Of a stretch of 53,635 nucleotides of DNA, positions 30,346-38,878 are shown one piece after another; position 1 is the stretch's first letter, and the number at the start of each line of letters is the position of its first letter. The notes below the pieces were generated by a model. It searched no databases, had not been told where the DNA came from, and was given only the letters and a program-made list of their open reading frames with translations. Position numbers and translations under genes: made by a program. The stretch is taken from the NCBI GenBank assembly GCA_017540455.1, contig JAFYAZ010000026.1:1-53635 (forward strand). The letters are read 5' to 3'. The stretch comes from Bacilli bacterium. Lineage in GTDB: Bacteria > Bacillota_I > Bacilli_A > RFN20 > CAG-826.

Positions 30346-31475
30346 ACGATAAGGTAATCATTTACGGCGGCAGTTTTGACCCGCTTCATAACGGACATGT
30401 AGAGATTGCTAAGGCAGCATCAGACTTTTTAGGCTGTCCTCTTTTATTTGTTCCAGCGAAAAACGCGAGATGGAAGGATAATGACGCAAGTCCAAAAGAC
30501 CGTCTTACCATGTTAAACATTGCTTGCGAAGAGCTGAACAAGAGCGACAAACGTTTTTCAGTCTCTAGTTACGAGATGGACATCCCAGGAGACGGACCAT
30601 CCTATAGCGTCGACACTGTCGTTCATTTCAAAAAAGAATATGAGACGGTCTACTTCCTTATCGGAGCGGATCAAGTCAATCAGTTTGAGAAATGGAAAGA
30701 CCCGGATGTCATCGCTTCGAATTCGCAGATCTATTACGTACCAAGACATGGATATCCGTTAAACGAAGAAAATATAAAACGCTTTAATATGAAGGCTTTG
30801 CCTTTTAAAGAGCACGAAGTCTCAAGCACAGACATCCGTGAGATGAAATCAATCGATTATCCTGATTACATCAGACACTATGTCGAGGCCAATGGTTTAT
30901 ATTTCATCAAAGGCTTGGCCAAATACTTGAAGAAAACGCGTTTAGAACATTCCATTCGTGTCGCTAACGTCGCGCTGGACATAGCAAGAAGCAACGCTAA
31001 GACGCTTGACCCATTGAAGACGTACCAAGCGGCCATGCTCCATGACATCGGCAAATATGTTCCGGATAACGAGTCAAAAGAGATAGTCACAAGAGAATAT
31101 TCTAAAGAATATGCCGAATATCCATATTGGGCTCTCCACCAATGGGTAGGGGCGTATCTGGCCGAGAAAGAATTCGGCATCAAGGATAAAGACATCCTCG
31201 ACTCAATCGCATATCACTGCACAGGAAGAGCAGAAATGGGTCCTCTTGAGCAAACAATCTATAGCGCGGATAAAATTGAGCCAGGCAGGGGATATAACTC
31301 TTCTGACCTAATTAACGGATGTCTACGCGATTATCACGAAGGCTTCTTAGGCGTATTAGCCGCCAATAGAATCTATTTAGCAGAAAAGACAAAGGACACT
31401 CCTCATAACAACAGTTGTCCGCTAACCGAAGAAAGCTATATCTATTTTTTAGATAAAAAGAAAGGAACGAATTAA
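30342..31475 (+). CDS. nadD: NadD nicotinate-nucleotide adenylyltransferase fused to a YqeK-type HD-domain Ap4A hydrolase
   Basis: GGSFDPLHNGH, IGAD and VSSTDIR (NadD); then RLEHSIRV, LHDIGK, H..GA, HCTG and ADKIEPGR (YqeK). Confidence 0.92.
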   Translation: MNDKVIIYGGSFDPLHNGHVEIAKAASDFLGCPLLFVPAKNARWKDNDASPKDRLTMLNIACEELNKSDKRFSVSSYEMDIPGDGPSYSVDTVVHFKKEYETVYFLIGADQVNQFEKWKDPDVIASNSQIYYVPRHGYPLNEENIKRFNMKALPFKEHEVSSTDIREMKSIDYPDYIRHYVEANGLYFIKGLAKYLKKTRLEHSIRVANVALDIARSNAKTLDPLKTYQAAMLHDIGKYVPDNESKEIVTREYSKEYAEYPYWALHQWVGAYLAEKEFGIKDKDILDSIAYHCTGRAEMGPLEQTIYSADKIEPGRGYNSSDLINGCLRDYHEGFLGVLAANRIYLAEKTKDTPHNNSCPLTEESYIYFLDKKKGTN

Positions 31476-31792
31476 TGGCTTATCCTAAATTAATTAAAGA
31501 AACAAAAGAACTACTCGAAGATAAAAAGGGAGAAGACATTAAAATCATCGATGTCAGGCAGAGAACGCCTTTCACGGACTATTACATATTAGCAACGGCG
31601 CCAAACATGAGAGCTATAGGCGCGTACGCGGACGCATTAGAAGACTTCTTTCAGGAAAGAGTCGAAGATCTACGACAGAGCGAAGGCCAACCAGAGTCGG
31701 GATGGGTATTAGTGGACGCTGGTGAAGTTGTAGTGCATCTCTTCTCAGCTGCAAAGCGTCAAGAAATGAACCTAGAAGACTTGTTCAAGTAG
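31475..31792 (+). CDS. rsfS: Ribosome silencing factor RsfS
   Basis: DKKGEDI, DYYILAT and WVLVDAGEVVVHLF motifs. Confidence 0.94.
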   Translation: MAYPKLIKETKELLEDKKGEDIKIIDVRQRTPFTDYYILATAPNMRAIGAYADALEDFFQERVEDLRQSEGQPESGWVLVDAGEVVVHLFSAAKRQEMNLEDLFK

Positions 31793-31812
31793 CCTTAGTT
31801 AAAACAAAAGGG

Positions 31813-31849
31813 AAGACCGTCACAGAAGTGCCACAAACGGTCTTTTTTT
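31813..31849 (+). terminator. Intrinsic terminator after rsfS
   Basis: AAGACCGT...ACGGTCTT plus T tract. Confidence 0.7.
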
Positions 31850-32038
31850 CTTGCTAAAAATTAAGGACATATAGCGGTTTCATTGACAATATTACAATTT
31901 AATTTTTGAGATACCATATTTAAGGCTAAAATTAGCGGTGGAAGAAGATCGTCAATTTTTAAAATTTCGCAAAAATGTATTTAAAAATATTGTGTTTTTA
32001 GTACTCGCTTTTCACACTCCACTTCCGAAAATACTATT

Positions 32039-32066
32039 TCTTCGCATAATAGCCTTTATGTTAACT
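32039..32066 (+). other. dif chromosome dimer resolution site
   Basis: TCTTCGCATAA-TAGCCT-TTATGTTAACT has the 11-6-11 layout and resembles E. coli GGTGCGCATAA-TGTATA-TTATGTTAAAT; lies at the gene-strand switch next to xerD. Confidence 0.9.
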
Positions 32067-32405
32067 AAAAGATATATAAAAAGGCTTTTATCCTTACTTA
32101 ATATGTAATTTAGAAATTTATAGAATTTCTTTATCCACCTAATTTTTGAGTTTTTCACATGGTTTTAAAAACTACTAAATAACTACTTTGTAAATCTACT
32201 AACTATTACTTTCAAAACACAGTGTTTTTGATGGCTTGAAAATGACGCCTAAAATATTCGTAAAAAAGGTCAATTTCTTAATTCGTTTTTAAATTGACAA
32301 TACCTTGCAAGGGCTTTCATTATTCCTGAATTTTAGGTGAAACAGTTATTTACAAATGGCCTTTCCTTTTCCTGTTTCTAACATGCTGGCGACCATTAAT
32401 AGAGA

Positions 32406-32438
32406 AAAGACATCCCCACTTTGAGGAATGCCTTTTTG
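32406..32438. terminator. Probable terminator downstream of xerD
   Basis: AAAAGACATCCCCA-CTT-TGAGGAATGCCTTTT imperfect hairpin with A/T tracts on both sides. Confidence 0.5.
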
Positions 32439-32515
32439 TTTTTTTGTCTGTTGCCCCTTTTTCCTTATTTATATATGCGCGATCAATTCTAAATATGAAC
32501 GCTTTTTCATATTTA

Positions 32516-33397
32516 TTATTTTCTTGAGCTATATCTGTCGTAAGCAGACACGATTCTCTTCGTTGAGACTTGAGTATAAACCTGTGTTGTTGAGATCTTG
32601 CTGTGTCCTAACATTTCCTGGACGGCTCTTAACTCGGCGCCATTTTCTAAAAGATGCGTTGCGAAGCAATGTCTTAATGTATGCGGCGAGATTGCGTCAT
32701 CAATCCCGGCCGTCATTGCGTAATGTTTGACCTGTTTAAAGAAATAGATCCTCGAAACCGGACGGCCTTGCCTGTTTAAGAATAAATAATTCGACGCATG
32801 ACCAGGATTCTTTTTCCTAACGCCGTCGATATACTTGGATAAATACTCTAAAGCAAACGACGAAACAGGAACACTACGCTGTTTGTTCCCTTTTCCAAAT
32901 ACGGTAATGACTTTTCCTGGGAAATCGACGTTTTTGAACTGAAGGCCGATTAATTCGCTTACACGAAGACCCGTGGCATACATAACCTCAAGCATTGCAC
33001 GATCCCTTTGACCGCTTTCCTTTGTCATATCTGGAGCTTCTAATAACGCTTCGACATCCTCATTGGATACAACCAAAGGCAACTTCTTGTCTTTCTTTGG
33101 TTTTTCGAATTCTGGAATATCTGCTTCTATGAGCCCTTCTCCAACCAAAAATGTAAAGAAATTTTTCAAACAGCTGTAACGCCTAAGAATCGTCGATGCT
33201 GCCTTATTATCTTCTCCCTCTTTTTGAATGAATTCTGCGATCTGCTGAATCATCAAATCATCGGTAGTCTTTGTTTCATTGAAATAATCTAAGAATAACT
33301 TAAGGTCTTCCTTATAGTTTTCTATGGTCGTCCTCGAAACGCCTTTCTCTACTTGGAGATGCTGCAAAAACAATGAAATAGCTTCTCTAATTTCCAT
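32516..33397 (-). CDS. xerD: Tyrosine recombinase XerD
   Basis: RDRAMLEVMYATGLRVSEL, GKGNKQR and SPHTLRHCFATHLLENGA...LGH...TTQVY (complete R-K-H-R-H-Y set). Confidence 0.92.
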   Translation of the reverse strand: MEIREAISLFLQHLQVEKGVSRTTIENYKEDLKLFLDYFNETKTTDDLMIQQIAEFIQKEGEDNKAASTILRRYSCLKNFFTFLVGEGLIEADIPEFEKPKKDKKLPLVVSNEDVEALLEAPDMTKESGQRDRAMLEVMYATGLRVSELIGLQFKNVDFPGKVITVFGKGNKQRSVPVSSFALEYLSKYIDGVRKKNPGHASNYLFLNRQGRPVSRIYFFKQVKHYAMTAGIDDAISPHTLRHCFATHLLENGAELRAVQEMLGHSKISTTQVYTQVSTKRIVSAYDRYSSRK

Positions 33398-34571
33398 TTT
33401 TCTTTAACGCCTCACTAGCGATCATGACCACCTTTTTATTGGCTTTCCTATTTAATGAATCGATCAATACCTGGGTTTTGTCTTCTTCATAGTCGCTTTC
33501 TTCAAACAACGACATCTGAGCGTTCCTGTCTTTAAAAGGAACCAGATTGCCCGCGGTAACCCCGACTAAACGGATTAGTTTTCCTGAATAGTTATCTGCA
33601 AAAAGCTTTTTAGCCATCTTTGAAATATCATCAGCCTCAAATACAGGCTCCATTAGATTCAAAGACTTTGAACTCGCCTTGAAAGTATAGTCCTTTACAT
33701 TTACGACCAATCTTTTACATTTTTTCTTCTCTTTTACGAGACCATCGCTGACTTCTTGAGATAAGGATTCAATAACTGTTTTGATTTCATCGTAGTCGTC
33801 TGTGTCTGTCATGAAGGTCTGACTATGTCCGATGGATTTTGGATCAGGTCTTTCTGGATTAACGATGTCATCGCCGTATCCGTTAATGCTCTCCACATAG
33901 TAATCGAACCTTTTTTTAAAGTATTTCCTCATGTCAGGCTCGTTCTCGGTAATTTCATATGCAAAATCGCCAATCGTGTTGATTCCTTTGCTTCTCAAAA
34001 AGGCTGCGGTTTTCTTTCCAATGCCGAAAAAGTTATCTATTGGGAGAGGATAAAGCATCTTTTTGATGTCCTTTCTCCTTATTACTGTGATTCCCATAGG
34101 CTTTTTCATGTCAGAAGCCATCTTAGCAAGAAATTTCGTTGGCCCTACACCTATAGAACATTTCAAACCGATTTGTTTTAAAAGATCCTGTTGTAAGGAA
34201 ACAAGCTTAGCCATTGGGTCTTTTTCTTTTGTAAGAAGCGATGTCATATCTACAAAGCCTTCATCAATCGATGCGGCTTCAACCAAAGACGAATAATTCT
34301 TTAGAAATCCGAAAAACGAACGGGACAGCATCTCATAATACGCATAATCCCCAGGAAGGAATATTCCATTGGGACAAAGCATCCTTGCTTCACCAATAGG
34401 CATCGCCGAACGAACTCCGTATGATCTTGCTTCATATGAACATGTTGAAACAACGCCACGAGGTCCTAGGCCGCCAACAATTACCGGTTTCCCGGCATAT
34501 TCTGGGCGACGGATCTGTTCAGCCGTAGCAAAGAACGCATTTAAATCTACGTGAATGATTATTTTGGCCAC
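33387..34571 (-). CDS. dinB: DNA polymerase IV (Y family)
   Basis: HVDLNAFFA, SYEAR, SIDEGF, LAKMASDMKKP and RLVGV motifs; C-terminal clamp motif QMSLF; GTG start. Confidence 0.95.
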   Translation of the reverse strand: MAKIIIHVDLNAFFATAEQIRRPEYAGKPVIVGGLGPRGVVSTCSYEARSYGVRSAMPIGEARMLCPNGIFLPGDYAYYEMLSRSFFGFLKNYSSLVEAASIDEGFVDMTSLLTKEKDPMAKLVSLQQDLLKQIGLKCSIGVGPTKFLAKMASDMKKPMGITVIRRKDIKKMLYPLPIDNFFGIGKKTAAFLRSKGINTIGDFAYEITENEPDMRKYFKKRFDYYVESINGYGDDIVNPERPDPKSIGHSQTFMTDTDDYDEIKTVIESLSQEVSDGLVKEKKKCKRLVVNVKDYTFKASSKSLNLMEPVFEADDISKMAKKLFADNYSGKLIRLVGVTAGNLVPFKDRNAQMSLFEESDYEEDKTQVLIDSLNRKANKKVVMIASEALKKNGN

Positions 34572-34597
34572 GTAGATATTTTATTTTATGTATTCCG

Positions 34598-34610
34598 TTA
34601 TGTTAACTAA
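34598..34610 (+). repeat. Isolated XerD-arm copy (13-bp direct repeat of dif 32056-32068)
   Basis: TTATGTTAACTAA is identical to the dif right arm plus flank; no XerC arm on its left. Confidence 0.7.
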
Positions 34611-34611
34611 T

Positions 34612-36468
34612 TTATAGAATTTGTTTGATGACAGAATCGATATCCAAACCAAATTCTTTTTCCTGTTCTGCAATTGTCGCGTGCTGGACGTAAACATTTG
34701 GAACGGCAAACGTTTTGATTAAACCTTTGAAACCTTTTCCCATCAATGTGGCTTTTAAGGTTTCAACGAAGCCAGATTCAGTTCCATATGAATCATAAAC
34801 ATATACTTTATCCATCTTTACAATTTCATCGACATCATCTGACAAAGGCAAAAGCTTGATCGCCATGATCATTTCGCCTTGATAACCTTTTTCTTTTAAG
34901 GCGTTTAATAATTCTCTTCCCTTAGGACCAACGGCTATTACAGCTTCGTTTGATTTCTTTACATTTTCTAATATAACCCACGGTTTCACCTCAAATGAGG
35001 TTCCGTCATTTTCTTTACATTTGAAAAGAGTGTGCGGATATCTGATAGCAACGATTCCATGTCCTTTTTCCATAGAATATTCGATCAGACCGCGCATTTC
35101 CTGCGTGGTCGAAGGCATATAAAGGTTGGCTCCCGGAATTGATTTCAAATAAGCTTCATCATAGATGCCCATGTGGGTTTCGCCATCTTTTCCAACAAGA
35201 CCGGCTCTATCGATAAGAAGAGTCAAATCGGCGCCCATTCTTGCGCAATCATGCAGAATTTCATCATATGCTCTCTGCAAGAATGTCGAATAAACGCAGG
35301 CAATTGGATGCATTCCGGCCAAATAGGTAGCACCGGCCATCGTCAAAGCGTGTTCCTCGGCAATACCTACATCGATACATCTATCAGGATATGCTTCAAA
35401 AGCGTCTTCAAGATGGCTTCCTTTGATCATGCCCGGGCAAATAAGCAAGGCATCATCGTGTTTTCCCATCTGTTCTTTAACTATATCGCCAACTAAATGA
35501 GGCCATGAACAATAGTCAGGGTGTTGGTTCTTTGGCTTTCCAGTCTCAATCTCAAAAGGTGTTACGCCATGCCAATAACCGGTTTTGTCCGTCTCGGCTG
35601 GTTCGTAGCCTTTTCCTTTGGTCGTATAAACATGGAAAATAACAGTCTTGGTCGCGTTTTTCGCGCGCTTAAAGGCTTTATCGAGCATCTTTATGTCATG
35701 CCCATCGTATGGGCCCATATAAGTGAATCCGAGGTTATCGTATAAAGTAAACGGAACCAAAAGACGCTTGATACCGTTCTTTAGGCTATAGCTGCATCTA
35801 TAAAACCAGCGGCCAACCGCGTTTTTCTCCAAAGCGTTCTTATATTTGTTTTTGAAGGAGTTATAACCCTTAGCCGTAGAAATACGACGGAAGAAACGAC
35901 CGAAGCCACCAACCGGACGGGAAATGGACATGTCATTATCGTTGATGACGATGATCATCTTTCCAAAACGTCCTGCGATATGGTTTAACGCTTCAAAAGA
36001 AAGGCCATTAACCAAGGAGCCATCGCCAATTACTGGAACAATGTAATAATCCTCTTTCTTAATATCGCGAGCCACCGCAAACCCCTCTGCGGCAGAAAGC
36101 GAAGTCGAAGAATGGCCTGATTCATAACAATCGTACTCAGACTCATCCATGCGCATGAAGCCTGAGACACCTTCTTTGGAATTGAGGTTATCCAAACTGC
36201 GACCGGTAAGAATCTTATGCGTATAGGATTGATGCGAAACATCGAGAATAAGCTTATCTTTTGGGAAATCAAAGTTGCGATGCAAGGCAACAGTCAGCTC
36301 GACTACACCTAAGTTAGAGCTAAGATGTCCACCGTATTCCGACGTTGCCCTGATGATTTCTTGTCTGATGTCCTGGCAAAGCAAAGCCAAAGACTCGCGT
36401 TTCAAACCTTTGACAACGCTTGGATCCTTAATGGTTTTTATGTCGATGTGCTCGATTTCTTTTGCCAT
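34612..36468 (-). CDS. dxs: 1-deoxy-D-xylulose-5-phosphate synthase
   Basis: GGHLSSNLGVVELT, GHSSTS, IGDGS...NDN, GIAEEHA, YSTFLQRAYD and DRAGLVG motifs. Confidence 0.96.
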   Translation of the reverse strand: MAKEIEHIDIKTIKDPSVVKGLKRESLALLCQDIRQEIIRATSEYGGHLSSNLGVVELTVALHRNFDFPKDKLILDVSHQSYTHKILTGRSLDNLNSKEGVSGFMRMDESEYDCYESGHSSTSLSAAEGFAVARDIKKEDYYIVPVIGDGSLVNGLSFEALNHIAGRFGKMIIVINDNDMSISRPVGGFGRFFRRISTAKGYNSFKNKYKNALEKNAVGRWFYRCSYSLKNGIKRLLVPFTLYDNLGFTYMGPYDGHDIKMLDKAFKRAKNATKTVIFHVYTTKGKGYEPAETDKTGYWHGVTPFEIETGKPKNQHPDYCSWPHLVGDIVKEQMGKHDDALLICPGMIKGSHLEDAFEAYPDRCIDVGIAEEHALTMAGATYLAGMHPIACVYSTFLQRAYDEILHDCARMGADLTLLIDRAGLVGKDGETHMGIYDEAYLKSIPGANLYMPSTTQEMRGLIEYSMEKGHGIVAIRYPHTLFKCKENDGTSFEVKPWVILENVKKSNEAVIAVGPKGRELLNALKEKGYQGEMIMAIKLLPLSDDVDEIVKMDKVYVYDSYGTESGFVETLKATLMGKGFKGLIKTFAVPNVYVQHATIAEQEKEFGLDIDSVIKQIL

Positions 36469-36508
36469 GTATAAATAACTTAAAAACTACTAATAATTAA
36501 CTTAAATG

Positions 36509-36700
36509 TTATTGCTTATCTTTGATAACTTGAATTTTTGTCTCCGCTTCGTCTAAGGACTTCTGCAGATCTTTAATTAAGGAGTTTCCTTCCTCATAAA
36601 GCTTCATAGCATCTTCTAAGGAAAGGGTTGTGTTCTCGACTTTTTCGACAATCTCGTTTAAACGAGTTAGTTTTTCTTCGAAAGCTTGTTTCTTTTCCAT
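36509..36700 (-). CDS. xseB: Exonuclease VII small subunit
   Basis: FEEKLTRLNEIV...LSLEDAMKLYEEG. Confidence 0.93.
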   Translation of the reverse strand: MEKKQAFEEKLTRLNEIVEKVENTTLSLEDAMKLYEEGNSLIKDLQKSLDEAETKIQVIKDKQ

Positions 36701-36705
36701 AAGGT

Positions 36706-37905
36706 TTACTCCTTGGAGGTGACTTTAGACGTTATTGTTCCATCTTTCAATACGCTTTTTAGCGTGTCACCCTCTGCTATTTGTTTTACAGATGTAACAA
36801 TGTTACCTCTTTCATCCGTCGTCATGGAATAGCCGCGGTTAATGACATTACGTGGATTTAATGCGTCTAGCCTAGACGACAATGAATGGACTTGATTCCT
36901 AGACATCTCAAAGAGATGACCTAAAGACATTTCTAAACGCTTTGACAGCTGCTGAACTTCTTCCTTAGCTTTTGCGTAGTTAGAAGATGGATTCTTAAAG
37001 AATGGTCTGGCGCTAAGAGAGTTAAGTTGATCCCTTTTCTTTGAAAGGAGATTCTTCATAGCGGTGTTAAGCGCATCTTCTGAACCAAGCAAAATGGCTC
37101 TTATCTCTTGCTGATCTGGGGTTGCAGCTTCAGCTGCCCCTGTCGGCGTGCTGACTCTTAAGTCTGAGACATAATCGATCAATGTGGTGTCTATTTCGTG
37201 TCCTACCGCAGAGATGCAAGGGATGGTACAAGCGTATAGTTCTCTGGTTAGAGCCTCGTCATTAAACGCGCTAAGGTCCTCATTTGAGCCGCCGCCGCGT
37301 GCGATGATTAAAATATCGATTTCAGTCGTTTCCGCTCTCCTGAGGGCCTTTAAGAGCTCTTTCGGGGCATCCTTGCCCTGGACAAGCGATGGAAAAACGA
37401 GAATTTCGCATAAAGGCCAACGTCTGGAGATGTTTTTGATAAGGTCAGCCTCTGCGGCGCTCTTGTCCCCTACAATCAAACCAATGCTCTTAGGGAATTC
37501 AGGGATCGGCTTCTTATGGGAAATATCAAACAAGCCTTCGGCCTGGAGTTTCTTCTTGAGCGCCTCAAGAGCCAGCAGAGCGGCCCCCTGACCGAACTTT
37601 TCGAGAGTTTTTACCGTAAAGTTATAGCGGCCTCTACCGACATAAACGCTCACAGAGCCTAACGCGATAACCTCATCTCCGTTTTTAGGTTCGAACGGCA
37701 AATACAGGTAGTTATCACCCCAAAGGATGCATGGAATCACGCTTTTCTTCTCGTCGACAAGATCAAAGAAAAACCCGGAGTTATAGCTTTTCCAGTTGCT
37801 AATCTCTCCTTTAACGTAAACGTTATGTAATTCCTCATCACCATCTATCTTGGATTTGATGAGGGTGTTAAGAGCTGTGACGCTGAAATACTTATTCTGT
37901 TCCAT
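36706..37905 (-). CDS. xseA: Exonuclease VII large subunit
   Basis: VKGEISN, ARGGGS.EDL, SAVGHEID and TPTGAAE motifs. Confidence 0.95.
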   Translation of the reverse strand: MEQNKYFSVTALNTLIKSKIDGDEELHNVYVKGEISNWKSYNSGFFFDLVDEKKSVIPCILWGDNYLYLPFEPKNGDEVIALGSVSVYVGRGRYNFTVKTLEKFGQGAALLALEALKKKLQAEGLFDISHKKPIPEFPKSIGLIVGDKSAAEADLIKNISRRWPLCEILVFPSLVQGKDAPKELLKALRRAETTEIDILIIARGGGSNEDLSAFNDEALTRELYACTIPCISAVGHEIDTTLIDYVSDLRVSTPTGAAEAATPDQQEIRAILLGSEDALNTAMKNLLSKKRDQLNSLSARPFFKNPSSNYAKAKEEVQQLSKRLEMSLGHLFEMSRNQVHSLSSRLDALNPRNVINRGYSMTTDERGNIVTSVKQIAEGDTLKSVLKDGTITSKVTSKE

Positions 37906-38321
37906 TAAGCCAAAACCTTATCCAGGATCGCATTAACGAATTTATAGTCGTTATCGGACAGATACTTCTTGGCCAACTCAACCGAAACGTTGATGATGAT
38001 GGCTTTATCTGTTTTCTCGACACTGTAATAAGACTGGCAATAGGCAAGCAAAAGCAAAGCTTGCTCGAGAAGGTTAAGACGATCGAACGTCCACTTTCTC
38101 ATGTTCTTCTCAAAAATTGGGATGATCTCTTGGTAATGTTTGACCATGGCCAAAACCATTTCCTTAACAAAAAAGTCACTATCTGCAAAAGACTTTTCGG
38201 TTAAACCGCTGACGATATCCTCGATTGGAGCTGGTAACTTCGCTTGGGAATAGGTCAGAACATCATAAATCGCGAAGAGCGCGACTTCATGAGCTTTGTT
38301 GCGAGATAGTGTTTTTTCCAT
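37905..38321 (-). CDS. nusB: Transcription antitermination factor NusB
   Basis: WTFDRL, IINVSVELAKKY and KFVNAILD motifs; SD AGGAGG. Confidence 0.92.
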   Translation of the reverse strand: MEKTLSRNKAHEVALFAIYDVLTYSQAKLPAPIEDIVSGLTEKSFADSDFFVKEMVLAMVKHYQEIIPIFEKNMRKWTFDRLNLLEQALLLLAYCQSYYSVEKTDKAIIINVSVELAKKYLSDNDYKFVNAILDKVLA

Positions 38322-38387
38322 AAAGATCAAGCCTCCTAATAAAGGCGTCTTAGTTTATCACATCTATTGAAAAGGGAAAGAGGAAAC

Positions 38388-38418
38388 AAAAAGGGCGCCG
38401 CCATTTTTGGTAGCGCCC
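38388..38418 (-). terminator. Terminator after the Asp23-family gene
   Basis: On the - strand GGGCGCTACCA-AAAA-TGGCGGCGCCC followed by TTTTT. Confidence 0.7.
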
Positions 38419-38444
38419 ACTATTACTTATGTAATCTTTCTTGC

Positions 38445-38840
38445 TTATGAAGCCTTAGCCTTCTTTTTGGAAGACTTCTTTGCCGGCTTCTCTTTTGAGA
38501 CGCGAATCTCAACCGAGACAGGGACGGTCTCACACATCATGGAGACGCTGTTGGAAACTTCTTCCTGAATCGAAGTGCAAAGATCTGCGATGGCGGTGAT
38601 GTTATCTCCCACCACAACATCCAACATGAAATCCACACGGCCATCCTTCTTGAAGAAGGCTTTGACCGGACGAACTGCTGAAATGATGTTGCCAAGGCGG
38701 GTAAGCGCTTCTCCGTAGTTATTGATCTTAACGTGTTGGAGATTATTGCTCGCGATGGTGACGATGTTCTCGAAAGCTTTACGAGAAATACCCATCTTTC
38801 CAGCTTGCTGGTAATTGTTGAGATAGTAGAAATCGCTCAT
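38445..38840 (-). CDS. Asp23/Gls24 family protein (YqhY-like)
   Basis: GKMGISRKAFENIV...IQEEV..SV.MM; position upstream of nusB-xseAB matches yqhY. Confidence 0.65.
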   Translation of the reverse strand: MSDFYYLNNYQQAGKMGISRKAFENIVTIASNNLQHVKINNYGEALTRLGNIISAVRPVKAFFKKDGRVDFMLDVVVGDNITAIADLCTSIQEEVSNSVSMMCETVPVSVEIRVSKEKPAKKSSKKKAKAS

Positions 38841-38878
38841 GAAATTATTGTACTTAAAACGTTGATGCAAAGGAAGTA

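Noticed and set aside
32131-32213. DnaA-box-like TTATCCACC and DnaA-trio-like CTACTAACTATTACT in the AT-rich gap, suggesting oriC
   Set aside because: Only one imperfect box, not adjacent to the trio-like run; no dnaA/dnaN nearby; genes converge on this gap and a dif site is present, which indicates a terminus.
31883-32323. TTGACA hexamers at 31883 and 32294 as sigA promoters
   Set aside because: No good -10 at 16-18 bp and no credible downstream gene.
32428-32730. 100-aa + strand ORF
   Set aside because: Antisense overlap with the xerD 3' end and terminator; low-complexity N-terminus.
21748-33141. SRS-like octamer GAGAAGGG on + at 21748 and on - at 33134, both pointing toward dif
   Set aside because: Only two copies noticed, both on coding strands, so the orientation is explained by gene orientation; a genome-wide count is needed.
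32516-33397. Tyrosine recombinase as a prophage or ICE integrase
   Set aside because: Size and motifs are those of housekeeping XerD; no phage, conjugation or cargo genes flank it.
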